Positions 23,501 through 36,548 are shown, counted from the first letter of the whole stretch. The stretch: DNA of 56,779 nucleotides, filler included, from Sphacelaria rigidula (GCA_964200075.2; 6 parts of 6 records of this genome joined end to end with filler, not necessarily neighbours in it); one strand, 5' to 3'. Program-made: numbers and translations. Notes: generated by a model from the sequence alone, not told the origin.

Positions 23501-26500
23501 GATTCTACCCGTGAGGGAGATGATGTCGTGTCGTGGCTTCGTGAACGGGCCGCGAACCATGTAACGCTGAGGTTTTGGCTGCCATTCCTCCTCGACCACT
23601 ACCCGGCGTACTTGGGGTTTCGGATGGGCACTCGGGTGGCTGATTACACCCTAAGGACTGCGGCACTTCGAGAGGCCGCGCCCATCTTCACCCTCACCCA
23701 GAAACTGCGGTATCAGCGGCTGTGCGCGAATCACATATCGCATGTGACGAGGATGACAGACGAGGACCTTCGCGCGGCGGGGACGCTATTCTTCACCAGT
23801 TTCGGTGGGCGAGAGCATCACAACGTCGCCCTTAACGAGTATCAAGAGATGACGAATAAGGTGGTGAAATCATCGATCGACAGGATCACCCCCGACTACA
23901 TCAAGAAGGTGGCTCCCATGTGCGAGAGCCGGAAGGCAGCCATGTAAGCAGTGGAGCGTAGCGGCACGGCGACTATGATCAAGGACAGGACCGGAGCGGT
24001 TGAGAAGGTGTTGCCGTTCGTGCGCAAGTGCACCGCCTTCTCACAGGAAGAGGCAGATACGTTGAAGTCATTCAGTCTCATGGTGGCGAACAAAGCAGAC
24101 CGGGCGCAAATGTTGGCGGCGAAGAAGACATCGTCAGAGAGGTGGGATGAGGTGCTGCAGGTGGTGGCGATGCGGGGTACGCCCGGAGGACGGCTGAAAA
24201 AAAACACTTTCCCCGTGTTCAAGGCGCAGAACTCGACCACAAAAACGTCAGAGAGGCCAGAAAGGAAAAGTGCGCTGCAAAAGGATTACAACGACTTGAG
24301 CCTACAGGGAAAGGAATACCACGCGATCCTCACCGATGTCCTCTGCAGTGCGCGCGCGCAAACGCCGGAGGAACTCGCGAGACTGAAGCACAGCCTCGGA
24401 TCGGTGTTGCCTCTGGCGATGGTACACGCCGGCGCCGGGGGCAGCCGCAAAGCGAGTAAGGCGAAAGGGATACGACAATTCATGCTCCGCGAGTGTGCAG
24501 ACGCGGTCCAACCTTCGCCACATGACTCCGTTGACGCCTCCCTTGTCGACTTGGCGACGGAGCTTCATCGAGCGCTCCCGTCTAGCGTTCTCAACGCCGG
24601 TGCGGTGGCGCTTCTGCCGGAATTCAGGGATAAAATCCTCACCGAGTACCTGGCGTTCGGAGGCAAGATCGTGGGTTTGTGTTATAACTACTCGCCATTT
24701 GTGCCGCCGATTAAAGCTGCAGAACAAGCCGGCCAAAAAGTCGGCCTATCCGGTTCACACGGTGTGTTCGATTCCGCCTCCTCTGATGCCATTCCCACGG
24801 GCGGCGACTTCCAGGCATATCTCCGCGCGCACAATAAGAGGGACGACATTGCCGCGGCTATCTGCAGGTACTTCTTGGGGCACGGAGACGGTAAAGGCCC
24901 AGGAAAAATGCGACGTTCATCTTCACAGGCATATCATTGCCTCCTCAAGTGCTCCCTCGCCTGCCCAGGCTAGTAGGTACTTCCCCGTCAGCTGCACACA
25001 CGGCCCCCCGACAACCTCCTCCAACGTATAGACATGTGGTCATAGGTGCAGCGCCCAGTGAGGAAAATGTGCCGCCAGGCGACAAGAGTACGAGAGGAGG
25101 TATACCTGCCGAGGGCGTGACCCCCGTCGCTGGCCCCTTCTATGAGGGCATCGTCGGAACCAGTGCCGTACATGGGCAGGTCTCTGGCGGCGCCGCCCGG
25201 GCCTCAATCCCGCAAGTGCTTCACACGCGTAGCGTGAACGTGGTCGCGGGTATTGCGGCAAACGATCCCGGCCGTCAGGCGCCCCCCCAACAACCTCCTT
25301 CGGCATCTACACATCCAGCCATATGTGAAGCGCCCGGCGAAGAAAATATCCCGCCAGCAGACGGGGGTATAACAGGAGGTATGTCTACCAAGGGCGTGAC
25401 CCCCGTCTCCGGCCCCATCTGCCAGGGCATCGTGGGAACCAGTGCCGTGCATGGTCAGGTATCCGGCGGCGCCGCCGAGACCTCAACCCCGCAAGTGCTA
25501 AGCACGCGTAGCGTGAACGTGATGGCCAGTATCGCGGGGAATGATCCCGGACGGCGGAATTCAGCCAGCGAGGCCGCCGGCGTTGGGCCAGGCCCTGTAT
25601 CCTGCGTCCCACCTGTGACAGCGGTTGCCCGCTATACCGAAACGGGGACGGCCGAACGGGCTCGGCGACTCGGCGGCGGGTGGCAGCAGCGCCTCTGTCG
25701 GTGACAGCGGCGTAGGCTCGACAGTAGAGGGGCGAGGACGAACTGCCGCCAGACATCCCCACGGTGCACCGGATGCGCTGGTTTGGGGGCATGTCGACCC
25801 GAAGCGTGTAACTGCGGCCCACATCGGAGAGGGGGAGCTGGCCACGACTCACATAATTGTGCACCACGGGAGTTACGCGACCGTCGATCCCCCTGAGAAG
25901 TGGATGGTGACATCCGTAGACACGGATCAGATAATGCATATGCTGTTGGCTATGGCTGTCGGTGCCATACCGTGGAAGGGCACCGCCAAGGTGGAAGTTC
26001 AGGTCCGGCAAAAAAGGGGAAGGGGGCGGTAGACTTCATCCTGGTGAACCGAGTGTACGAGGCCGTTCGTGAGAGCGAGAAATGGGAAGCGGGTGCTACC
26101 GCAGCGGGAGGCGAGGCGCCAGCGTGGCTGACGGACGCGGCCAAAGGGGTACTGTTCGTGGTGCTATACTTCCTGTCTGGGTGCGATTTCCTGCCGGCTA
26201 TGTACAACATGGGATTCAAGAGCATGCTTCATCACGTGCAGATGACCATCGCTATGCCCAGCTTGTTCACTGAACCCATCGTCTCCTGGTGCAAAGGCAG
26301 ATGGCGGGTGCACACAGCGGCCGCCGTGGAGATGTTGTGTGTCTGTTACTTCGAGGAACATGTCGATGTCTTTCGGCCTACTTTTGCCGGCGGCGCCGCT
26401 GACCTATTCGAGTCCCCCGCGGTCGGTGGAAATGCGCGCACATTTGCACACACCGTGCAGGATACTATCTGGACCGCCAAAGGGGCGACGGGTAAGAAAA

Positions 26501-26952
26501 ACTGTCCGAGGTGGGATGCGCTGGAGCTCCACGTGTACAGGGCCGACGCCGTCTTGGAGTATTGGCAAGGAGCCCTCCAGTTACGACCCCCTTGCACGTC
26601 GTTCGAAGGCCGTGGGTGGTCTACAAGTGATGGCGACGACACAGCGGCACTGACGAAAGAAAATGCGGTGTTCAGACTGTCGCCGCATGCTCTGATGATG
26701 CAGGAAGGGCGAGTGAGATTCCTGAAGTGCCAGTGCAAACCGGAGACGGCCGCGAGACACAAATGCAAGAGCTGCAGCTGTGGGAAGAGGGGTAAGCCGT
26801 GTGTCTATGGATATTGCGGCTGCAACGGTGTATGCGAAGCACCCGAGATGGACACGGATGACGCGGCGGCCGCGATCACCTCAACGGGGTGTGCAGCGGA
26901 AGCTATGCCGGGAGTTATGCCGGGGGCGTCGGCGGCTGCAGGCGGTGAGTGA
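20557..26952 (+). pseudogene. Academ-type polyprotein (N-terminal CxxC fingers, DDE-like transposase, XPG/FEN1-like nuclease, Cys8/CXC finger) broken by stops and frameshifts
   Basis: Consecutive + ORFs: 20557-21231; 21384-22814 (CLAC...CSAC, AFDNNDF..H); 22839-23306 (PSGWHLMLH); 23258-23947 (RYQR, VALNEYQEMTNKVVK); 23951-24973 (LPLAM, LVD..ELH); 25625-26032 (HIGEGE, SVDTD); 25900-26952 (LSGCDFLP, P..DALELH..RA....W..GW, CQC..CKSCSC..C..C.C..C). Confidence 0.8.
25055..25552 (+). repeat. In-frame duplication of ~72 codons (period about 276 bp) inside the Academ gene
   Basis: EENVPP..GVTPVAGP..GIVGTSAVHGQVSGGAA..PQVL.TRSVNV.A.IA.NDPGR occurs twice in ORF 24937-25704. Confidence 0.9.
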
Positions 26953-28060
26953 AGTGCCGCCCTCGTGCACAGATTCTGCGTGCTTGTGTGGGTATGGCCG
27001 CGGGTGTCGATGTCAACGTTGGGGCGGGCGTGAGGCGTGGAGGTAGAGTGGGAGGTGTGGACATACGTGTGCTGAGGCTCCGCGCTCTCGTAGGCTGTAG
27101 ATGACGCCAACGTAGTCCTCATGCGTACGTTATCGATTCCTTCACGGGCGCTGCTCGCAAGTGTCATGTACGTCGGCCTTGCGCCAACATATCGCAGGAA
27201 ATCACGCAGCGATAATTGTGTACAGGATTTTTCCCTGACGATTCCAACCGCGATCAATGCGTGCACTTTGCAGGTGGCAGCAGCGCATCGGGGGGGTTGG
27301 TTTGGCGCGCGACCGATTGGCAGTCGGACGACGACGATTCCGCCTCAGGTATAGTGCATGCCCCGCGATCTGGGTCGGTCGACATGTAGGTTAGGTTGGG
27401 AGTGGGGGAGGGGGAGGGGCTCAGCGATGCGGATGTGAAACACGAGCGATTGTCACGGATTTTCCCCTCGTCATATATTGCGGTGTCGGTTACGTGGAAG
27501 CCGAGCATGGTATTGGCGGCGGGGCCGAGGCGGACTTATAGTTTAGGCGTACTGTGATGGTTGTTCGGCGTGTTTTAGTCAAATAGGTCGGGTGGTGCTG
27601 CCGTTTGTGAGCGGCCGGTTCGCCCGATAGACACGGAGGCTTCAAGCACGCTTCCCGTCGGCCTCATACCCTTTCCCGGCGCGACCGTAGTGTCAATGAG
27701 AGGGACGTGGAACGATACCATCGATGGTCGCTGAGGTGGGCTTCATCGGCACCCGATCTCTGATCCCCATCCACTCACGATGTTGTCGGTATTACCAGAT
27801 AATAGCACGGCGGACAGCGACGAGGAGTTGGATGCTGACAGCCTACCGGAGCCTGGGGAGTTTTGAGTGGATGCAAGCACCGAACTCGCGAAGGTATGCT
27901 CCGTGGTGGTGAGCATACAGTGGAGTCTGTGTTTTGCAGGATATACGCTGCGGTAGAATGTTGATTTCGGGAATGGTTCCACACCCCTTATCTATCGCCG
28001 CTCCCCCTTTAATGTGCAACCACCGCAAACAAACGTGCTTTTAGCACCAAAAGCTCAATG

Positions 28061-28341
28061 CCCCCCCCCCCCATTAACAGCCTGGTGCGGCGATAACCCG
28101 GCGTGCGCCGTCCAGGCTGCGTCGGGGCGGACCCACGACGGGGTTGGCGTCGGTTGGCGATGATGATCTAGAACACGCCACGGACTGTGTAACCTAGGCC
28201 ACCAGGTTACCGTGTTTTTGGCGCCCTGGCATTTTGTTTTTGCGGTTACCATGATGGTCGTCGAGGTACATCATGTTGTGCGGCGTGGGAGAACATTAAG
28301 TCCGCACGGTGGGGATGATCGTCGTACGTGATGTTTTCAGT
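28061..28341. repeat. Right subterminal region (28061-28173) and inner TIR (28174-28341) of Academ copy 1, cut by the contig end
   Basis: Reverse complement of about 47550-47833. 28174-28341 also matches 56398-56565 directly. Confidence 0.85.
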
Positions 28342-29219
28342 NNNNNNNNNNNNNNNNNNNNNNNNNNNNNNNNNNNNNNNNNNNNTTAATTAATTAANNN
28401 NNNNNNNNNNNNNNNNNNNNNNNNNNNNNNNNNNNNNNNNNGACGATCTGACTCGAAATTTCGTGCAACAAATGCCCCAAAATACCCCCACCCCTATCGT
28501 AGGATGGCTCACTGGCTGTTCTCATTGCTCTCGGCATAGTTCATGCCTCGTTTCAGTTTCATTCTCATACTGGCTCTTTGAAACCGGCTGTTCTTAGCCA
28601 TGCACAGATCTGGGTTGAGGTCTCCCCGGTTTGCGTCCCGACGAATTCACACGTTTGTTGTTCGTTTGTTTTCCTATTCCGCTCATGTTCGGCAAATGTT
28701 CCCAGCTGTCTTTGCCTTGTTCGAACCCGCTCGCATGGGCCAGACACGCTCGGGTTCAAACTGGCTCGCGCTCCCGGTTATTACTCATTACACTTACGCT
28801 GTGCTCACATCTCCTTGCCAACTCATTTCGAGTCCGGGCAAGTTCCTGATGGCGTTATTTCGAAGGTGGTTCTACCCCGCGAGGAGTTTTCAATGCTGAT
28901 TTTTACCCTTTGCTCACGAAAGATAATATATTAATGAGTCGACATCACTGTCATTTAAAAAATGAATACAGATGATGCCGATTAAAAACTGGACCACCTT
29001 TCGCCACCACACGGTTACGTTCGGGATCGCTCATCGTATTGTTCAAATGTATCGTTTTGTACGTGGATCGCAATTTCGCCACCTCCGGACGTAGGCCCCT
29101 CTTCTCACGGTGGTATTCTTTCGGTTCAGTTCATCCCGGTGTTATTTTCACTTTCATGAGGCACCCAGCTATGTGGTGTTTGGCTCCCGCGGCACACGCT
29201 CACGGTCCAACGTGCTTGT

Positions 29220-29891
29220 TGTTGCCGGCCTTTGTTCCTTGCTCTGAGTTCGAAAACCTGTTCTTCACTTTGCTGACGGAGACCACCACATGCAAGTCAG
29301 TGGGACATTGGAACGACAGCAGAAGGCTACCGCTGATCCACGACATATACTACACTGTTCGTGAGTTACTCCGTTTGGCTCAAATGGACCCGAACTTCAA
29401 GGAAGAGGGGTCGTTCGTCGCGACGTTGGAAGCGGGGCTCGAGAACAGCTTGTTCGGCAACATATTGGATGCCGCAGCCATCTAGACGCACAACAAACTA
29501 ATGAGTGCATCCAAACAAGGGCGACCGGTCAACATGGACCGGGTCGTCGAAGAGCTCGCCAAGGTAACCAAATTTCTTGGGGACGCCAGGAGCGGGGGGG
29601 CGTACCGCTCGCTCATGCACCCGAGACACACCAGTGGCTACAACAACCAAGCGATATGGTTTGTATCGTCCGCGTACGCGGGCGTCAGCGTGCAAAGCCA
29701 GTACGGCCCGGTACGCGGGCGCGGAAATGGTGGTAGTAACAGTGGAAGGAGGCCGGCCACATGTAACCGGTGCAAGGATGCAGGAAAACGAGGTGCTGAT
29801 ATTTTGCATTTTTAACAGGGTGTGCCCTCTCGTGGAATGCAGAAAGTGCCATCAGTTTAGGCATATCGAGTGTAACTGCCCGAATGGATAG
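29220..29891 (+). pseudogene. gag-like ORF remnant ending in two Cys/His zinc-knuckle-like motifs
   Basis: A Gly/Arg-rich linker is followed by CNRC...H(F..)C and CRKCHQFRHIECNC (CX2CX4HX4C). It is frameshifted and no pol follows. Confidence 0.55.
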
Positions 29892-30856
29892 GGATCGACG
29901 GGCTGGTTCGCTCATGTGTCCCGTCGACATTGTAGACAGTTGCAGTCGATCACTGCCCTTCAGCGGGTGATATCGGCTGGTCTGCTTCGTCTGCTCCCTT
30001 TTAGTTCTTTGTTTTGATATCAACTTGCAACCCCTTTTGCTTTTCGTTCCGTGCAGTGGTTCCAAGTTACTGCTGACAGGTGTGCGTCACTTTTTTCGAC
30101 ACTGCTTTGTTTCCTTTCCAGTCAAGCATGGGAGACCATCCAAGATTATCGCCACTCCGCACCCTCTCGACCGCTGCAGTGTACTATCAATACTGCATTC
30201 GGGCTCATGTCGAAAAGTATGGTGGTTGGTCGCTATCGAGTCATGGTATTATGATTCGATTTTGTTTTCTCTTTCAGCGGCCGCAAGGACAAATTACCTA
30301 TCCGAATATATTTTACATACATCGACTTCACATGATGAAATGTCCCACCCGACTCCAGACCCTCTCCAAACACCTCTGCACCTTGACCTTTTCTTGGCTC
30401 GGACTTTGGTCGATGGTTGAGCGCGAGGACTCGCTTCGTTTTCTCACACCTTTGTTTCGATACTTTCTGGTGCCAAGTATGACAACATAATGTTTTTCCG
30501 ACGTATATATTCATGCAGATACGATTTCATACTTTTTACATGTACACAGGTATAATTTCCCGTAGGAAGCTCGCAATGGTAAGATTTCGAAGAAATCTGA
30601 GGTTTGTGTTTGACGGATGACGAATTATAGGATGAGATCCCGAAGCGGTGGATGGCGTCCGAAAAAAATGGTAGGGGTCACTGTGAGAGATCAGAAATAA
30701 GTGCCGACCCTGCTCAGTTATGTTCAGTTCCCAAGCCCAAAAATCTATCCGCGCTCGGCAATCCTGAGCAAGGCAANNNNNNNNNNAGTCACCGGTGCAA
30801 GACAGTCAAGTACAGTACGAGTAGTGGTTCTCGAACGTGTTCGAATCAATTTGGAC

Positions 30857-32862
30857 ATGGATGAGCCCACACGCGGGAATCCCGCGCGCGCGACAGCAGC
30901 ACCCGGAACAGCTGCCTCAGCAGGGACAGACAACAGACGACCAGCGGTTCAAACAGCCGCCCCCGCCCAGAGGACCACCGCCCTCTACAGCGCAGAGAAC
31001 GCCTCAGGGCGCAACCGCCTCACTGCAACGACATGCGGCACGCAATGCAGAAGCGTGGGAGCCACCAATAGCGGTTCTTCGGCAGGCAGTGCAGAGGCAC
31101 GACCAACACCTTGAGCGACTGTTACTCGAAGTAAACCATTTACTCAGCGTACAGGCGGCAAGCACGCAAGATCAGCAGCACCAGCAACAACATCAACAAC
31201 ATCAACAACAAGATCAGCAACAGCAGCAGCTGCAGCAGCAGTAGCAACAACAGCAGCAACATCACAATCAGCAGCCGCCACAACAACAGCAACAAGGTCA
31301 GCAACCAACTCAGTCACTTCAACAGCAACAACAGTTTTATCAGCCACTCCAGCAGCAGCAGCAGTTCCACCATCCGCAGAACCATCAACCTCAGCAACCC
31401 CCACAGGCCGGCACCAGCGCGGCTCAGCCGCAACACCACCAACCGCACAGCACGCAAGACGACCGTCATCCTCAGCAGCAGCATCAACAGCAGCAACTCC
31501 CGCTCCAGCAACATTTCCCGCCGCAGGGTGCCCCCGTACCGCCGTTTGGGTATCAATACTACAACCCACAAAAGTGGTTCGCACCTACGGCGCTATCCGC
31601 GCCGCCGGACCTCATCACGGCGAAGAAGAACAGGGCAGTGAATGAAGCCGCCAAGCAACAGGTGACGAGTTGGATGACGAATCCTCTGGTGTCAAAATGG
31701 TATGTACTGCGAGGTGGGCACAACTCGAGTTTCCCGCTGTCGAACGAAAATCTCAAATCGCTCTGCCTAGACGTCGCGGCGGTGCACCATAAAACGTCGC
31801 GCATGATACAGGCACTTGAAGGTTTCGACTTTTCGGAGTTTGGCCCCCCGATCCCAACGGGTTGGACTCACTCACCGCAACGGCTGGAAGTGCATTTTGC
31901 GTATACTGTCAAGACACTGGTGGCCGTCATCAAGGACGGCGCGGTTGGGGCGTCACCGCTGGCCACGAGCCGCCACAACAACACCATCGTCGAGCTATGA
32001 CCTGGCCGAACGAGTAAACCACTTCGCCACTTCAAATATGGTGCAGATTTAAGAGCATTCGGAGTGGCCACGCGAATTCTTTATCAAAGACGCAAACAGC
32101 GATTTTAGAGATTGGATGAACGCGCTAGACCGCGTAGCGACGTCACTTCGACAAACGTACCCCCTCGCCCCGCCAGATCACAACGACGGTGGCACGTGCC
32201 CAGCCCCGTCATTTGCACGCGTGAACAAGCTGGTCAAGATCGGCCACCCGCTAAACCTGATTGGCCGCCAACGGTTGGGTCTGGACCCCCAGTCCCGACC
32301 TACGCCAATAAGGAGGCAGAACGCAACCGCAACTTCTACAGCGCTGGCACCGAGTCAGACCAAGAAGACCCGCACATCATCGCCAACACCCCCGCAGACC
32401 CTCCCCGCGGGGTACATCACACCCACAGGCTTGTTGACACCCTTCACGAACCTTCCGGAGGAAGTCTCCTCGTGGGCCCCGCCCCTGTGCGTTTGCCTCC
32501 GGAGCTGGCAGGGTTTACGCTGCACGCGGGGAGCAAAGTGCATGTTCCTCAATCACGACGAGACCCACCCCGACGTAGTGGGCGGAACAGCTGGAGCCAT
32601 GGGCGGCGGTAAGGGGTCAAGTAGCAGTGGCCCTGGCAACAACCCTCAGAAGCCGATATTGAAGTTCAGCAACGGGGGGGAGATGGGGCGTACAGCGGGG
32701 GAACGGAGGAGGCGGAAGCGGGGGAGCGGGGAGAGGTGGAGCAAGCGGAGCGAACGGAGCGAGCGGAGTCCGCCGGGGGAGTGGATGAGGGTACGGGCCC
32801 CGCTGCGTAGCGGCGGGGCCGACCAGGAAGGAGCATGGTCCAGCCACACCCTCGTTCACTGA
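30857..32862 (+). pseudogene. ORF1/gag-like region with CAG/CAA poly-Gln tract and CCCH-type finger
   Basis: CAG/CAA microsatellite at about 31170-31500. CLRSWQGLRCTRGAKCMFLNH lies in ORF 32116-32862. Confidence 0.55.
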
Positions 32863-33559
32863 CCCAGGCAGGTCGGTGGGCATTGCTGGAGCACCTCTTC
32901 CTCGGTCGGTGGCTCCACACTTCTTTCACGGTGAGGCTAGAGTTACCGACGCAAAAAGTTAAAATGAGCCGGCGGTAGATGGTGAGGATTGCAGGTGTCA
33001 TAATTCGGAAAAAGTAGTAGCTCGCACGAGTAGCAACGCAAGTAAGCATAGCAGTAAGAATCCACGTCTGTCCGACTCGTCACCCCCACATCGTGCCCGC
33101 AGGTTCATCGACCAAAACCTAGGTACAACGGGATACGAAGAGAGGACAGTAGGTGGTCCACAGTGCCTACAAATTGTTCAAAGAAACAATCACTCGCCTC
33201 AAAAATCGGCAGCAACACACCAATCGGCAAGTTTCAATCAACCTTTACGCGCGACCAAGTACACCTCCGAACAATACAAGATGAACTCAGCCTCGACCCA
33301 AGTTGACATCAGTAGGATAGCACCCCCCAAAAAGAAAAATGTACCATAAATCTAGGAAGAAAATGAAAAAAAAACGTTCCTACATCGTCCGACAAGCGTG
33401 ACCGCCGGAACGAACACGAGTACGAGTACAGGCCGGGTAGACCCAGAAGGGGTCAGAAAAAGCGAGTATCAGTACCCAAATAATAGAAGAAACGAATGCA
33501 ATTACTCGTCACCCTCCATCTGTAGCCGGGGGAGACCCCAGTGCGTGTGCAAGCCGAGG

Positions 33560-34310
33560 GTCGACCTAGAATGGGACGACCGAAGCGCGCACAACTATAC
33601 AGACAAGAAAAGTTGCGAGGTCATTTCCTCCTCAAGCCCCGCTAAAAGTCGGGGCGGTCCAGAGTAGGCGTGCAAGCCGAGTGCAGAACCAAAACGGTTC
33701 AATCGAAGCATGTACAATTACCGGGATAGGAAAAGAAACGAGGTCATTTCCTCGTCACCCTCTGCCTATAGCTGGGTCAAAAGAAAAAGAATCGAGGTAA
33801 TTTCCTCGTCATACCCCAGCATCAGGCAGAACAGGTCCGTGTAGGAGTACAAGTCAAGTGCAGACTCAGAATGAGTCAAACGTGGCGCGTACCTGTACAC
33901 GGAGAGAAAAAGAAACGAGGTCATTTCCTCGTCAAACTACGACTATAGTTGGGAAAGATCCGTGTAGTTGTACAAGCCAAGTGCAGACCTCAAATAGGTC
34001 AATCGAAGTGCGTACCAGTACCCGGAGAGAAGAAGAATTGAGGTCATTTCCTCAACCCCCGGCGATAGTCAGAATAGTTCCGAGTTGTAGTACAAGCCAA
34101 GTGCAGGCTCAGAAGGAGCCAATCGAAGCGCGTACAACTGCCTGGAGAGAAGAAACGAGGTCATTTCCTTGTCAACCCCCGGCATCAGCCGAAAAAAAAC
34201 GAGTATTAGTGCACGCCGAGTACAGACCCAAAAAGGGCCAATCGAAGCGCGTACTGACACACAGAGAGGAAAAGAAGCGAGATCATTTCCCCGCCAACCC
34301 CCGTCAACAG
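33560..34310 (+). repeat. Degenerate ~120-150-bp tandem repeats upstream of the RT
   Basis: GAAACGAGGTCATTTCCTCGTCA-like cores at about 33617, 33738, 33794, 33916, 34040, 34156 and 34278, each with GTACAAGCCAAGTGCAGAC...AATCGAAGCGCGTAC-like segments. Confidence 0.8.
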
Positions 34311-34498
34311 TGCTTGACGAAAAAAAAACAAGTAAGATAAATAGGTACGACGGGTCGACGTCTTCAACGTCTCGCGCAGGGTCACACGACAACAACAAAA
34401 ACACGATAGAAAGACTGCGAATACTCGGGGAAGACACGAAAAAAGATCTTTCGACGGCACCACAAGTATTATCCAAAACAAAACCGATCATTCATGAA

Positions 34499-36548
34499 AT
34501 GGCAACGACATGCACAGAATTAATGAGATTGTACAGCGGGAACCTTGGAGACGTAGCGGGAAGGCTCGGCGGCACTCTGGTGTCACCGCCGATGAACCTC
34601 CGCGAAGTCCACCACCATTTTCGAGAAGTAAAACCTTTCCCCGAAGTAGAAAAGCTTATGCACATACTTGAACACGGTGTACCGATAGACACGACAGCCA
34701 CCGCGCCGGACTTGAGGCGATCACTCGAATACGGGAACCACAGAAGTATCGACGGTCACACCTCACATGTCTGGGAAAAACTGACGGAAGATGTGAGGAG
34801 GAACAGATGCCTGGTTTTTTCAATCGATCTGCGGCCCCCGAAATTGAGCACCTACGAGTAGCCCCGTTAGGAGCAGTTGTCACTAATAAGGTCCGCATCA
34901 TCCATGATTTTTCATTTGACATCAATTCCAAACCCGGTACGAAAGGAGGACTCAATGCCGTCACCAACCCCGATGAAATCTCAGGTTGTCTTTACGCCGA
35001 GGCCCTGCCACAATAATTACGAGAGATCGTACGGCTTCGGAAAGAAACTCCCTTGTAAACGGATCCTTTTGTCAGAAGCCGATGTAACGAACGCCTTCCG
35101 AAATGTACGTGTAGCTGCAGAACATGCGCACAAGTGCTGCTACGTGATCAACGATATCTTAGTATCTAATTTCCGACTGACCTTCGGCTGGACAGGGTCT
35201 CCGGGCTTCTGGGGGCTGCTCTCGCAAGCTATAGAACATTCTCACTGTCGTACTACTCCGAACAATGTAGACATACTAGAGGAAGGAAGGAGGATGATGG
35301 AACACGTGCGAATTGCCCCGCCGTGGGAGGTGAGTCCACCCACGACAGTACCGCCAAACATCGGGGTGGTCCCGTCGAAGGGAGGGGGGCTTGACGACCC
35401 CTTTTTTGCTGTGGTTCTTGTAGACGATTTTTTACTAGCCAAAGTACAACACGACGAAGGGGACCAGTCAGCATTACTAGCATCCACCTCTCTCGCTTCC
35501 GATCACCTGAGGTTATTCGGCCCAGGCGAATGCGGCGAAACTCCTATCCTGGCACCCAAGAAAAGTACCGATTGGGATACCACCGTGGAAGCGTTGGGTT
35601 ACACGATCAACACGCACAGTATGCGTATTACCGTACCCGCCCCAAAGATTAAAAAAAAAAAACGTGAGTTGCTAAAAAACGAATGGCCTCGAGACAGGTC
35701 GCATGCTTCCGTCGCTGAAATACTTAGCGTGGCCGGAAAATTGTGGAACCTCACCTACGTTGTACGAGCCGGTAAGTATTTTGTTTGGCACCTGTTAAGA
35801 GTATCTGGCTTACAATAAGCGGGCCGCAGAAACCAGGACAAAAGAAAACAACTGAGACTAGGGTGGGAATTCCTTGGGGATATTTCTTTTTGGAAATGGG
35901 CGATCGATCACGAATTACTCCACCAAGGAGAAGCTCTCAGCGCCTCCCTGTTTTCCCAGGTAGATCGGCCGGCTTCACAACGCTATCTCTCGGACGCCAG
36001 TTTCGGTGCGGTCGGAGGGTACTGCCCGGAACTGAAGATTTTTTGGCGATACACTTTTCCCGTCGCCTTCACGTCGGAACTAGTCCAAAAAGCAAAAATC
36101 AGAGAAAGCTGTTCCATTACGATCAACCTTCTAGAGCTGTACGGGATGATGATGACGGCATGCGTTGTTCAGATGTTTATAGGAGAAAACCCCACCGAAC
36201 CAGGAGAACCAGTATTAATGCGGGGCGACAACGCCTCCGCCGTATCATGGGTGAACCGCTGCGGGTCTACTCATGAGAACGATGGGTCGTATGGAACTCA
36301 CATCCGGTTGGTGTCCCATAGCAAAACACATTCGAGGCATTGGCAACATGCTGGCTGACGGAATTTCGAGATGGCCGGCGGACCAAGCTCAAAACGAAAT
36401 TAAGCAATTAACAGGAGAGCAAGGCTGGAAATATTACGACATCGGCCGCCGGGGAAAAACCATGGTTGACGTGGTCCTTCAAGAACCGCTGCCGAAAAGA
36501 CGACTAGAAGATGAGTTGTGGGCCATCATCACCGAGGATAAGAATTGA
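34499..36548 (+). pseudogene. DIRS/Ngaro-type reverse transcriptase and RNase H
   Basis: RT: YGNHRS, VAPLGAV..KVRIIHDFSF, DVTNAFRNV, LTFGWTGSP, LVDDF, LGYTINT. RNase H: LSDAS..AVGG, INLLEL, GDN.SAV.W, HIRGIGNMLADGISR. Confidence 0.9.

Larger units (their letters stand above)
18962..28341 (+). mobile_element. Academ(X)-like DNA transposon, copy 1 (nearly the whole contig)
   Basis: One long disrupted gene with transposase, XPG-like and Cys-rich domains. 28061-28341 is homologous to the terminal region of the TIR element at 47401-56717. The left boundary is inferred. Confidence 0.75.

Noticed and set aside
26805-27330. Antisense ORF (PNQPPRCAAATCKVHALIAVG...) as a Ulp1-like protease Cys region
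   Set aside because: It lacks the DCG motif and any upstream His region, and it lies in a probable intron. Evidence is insufficient.
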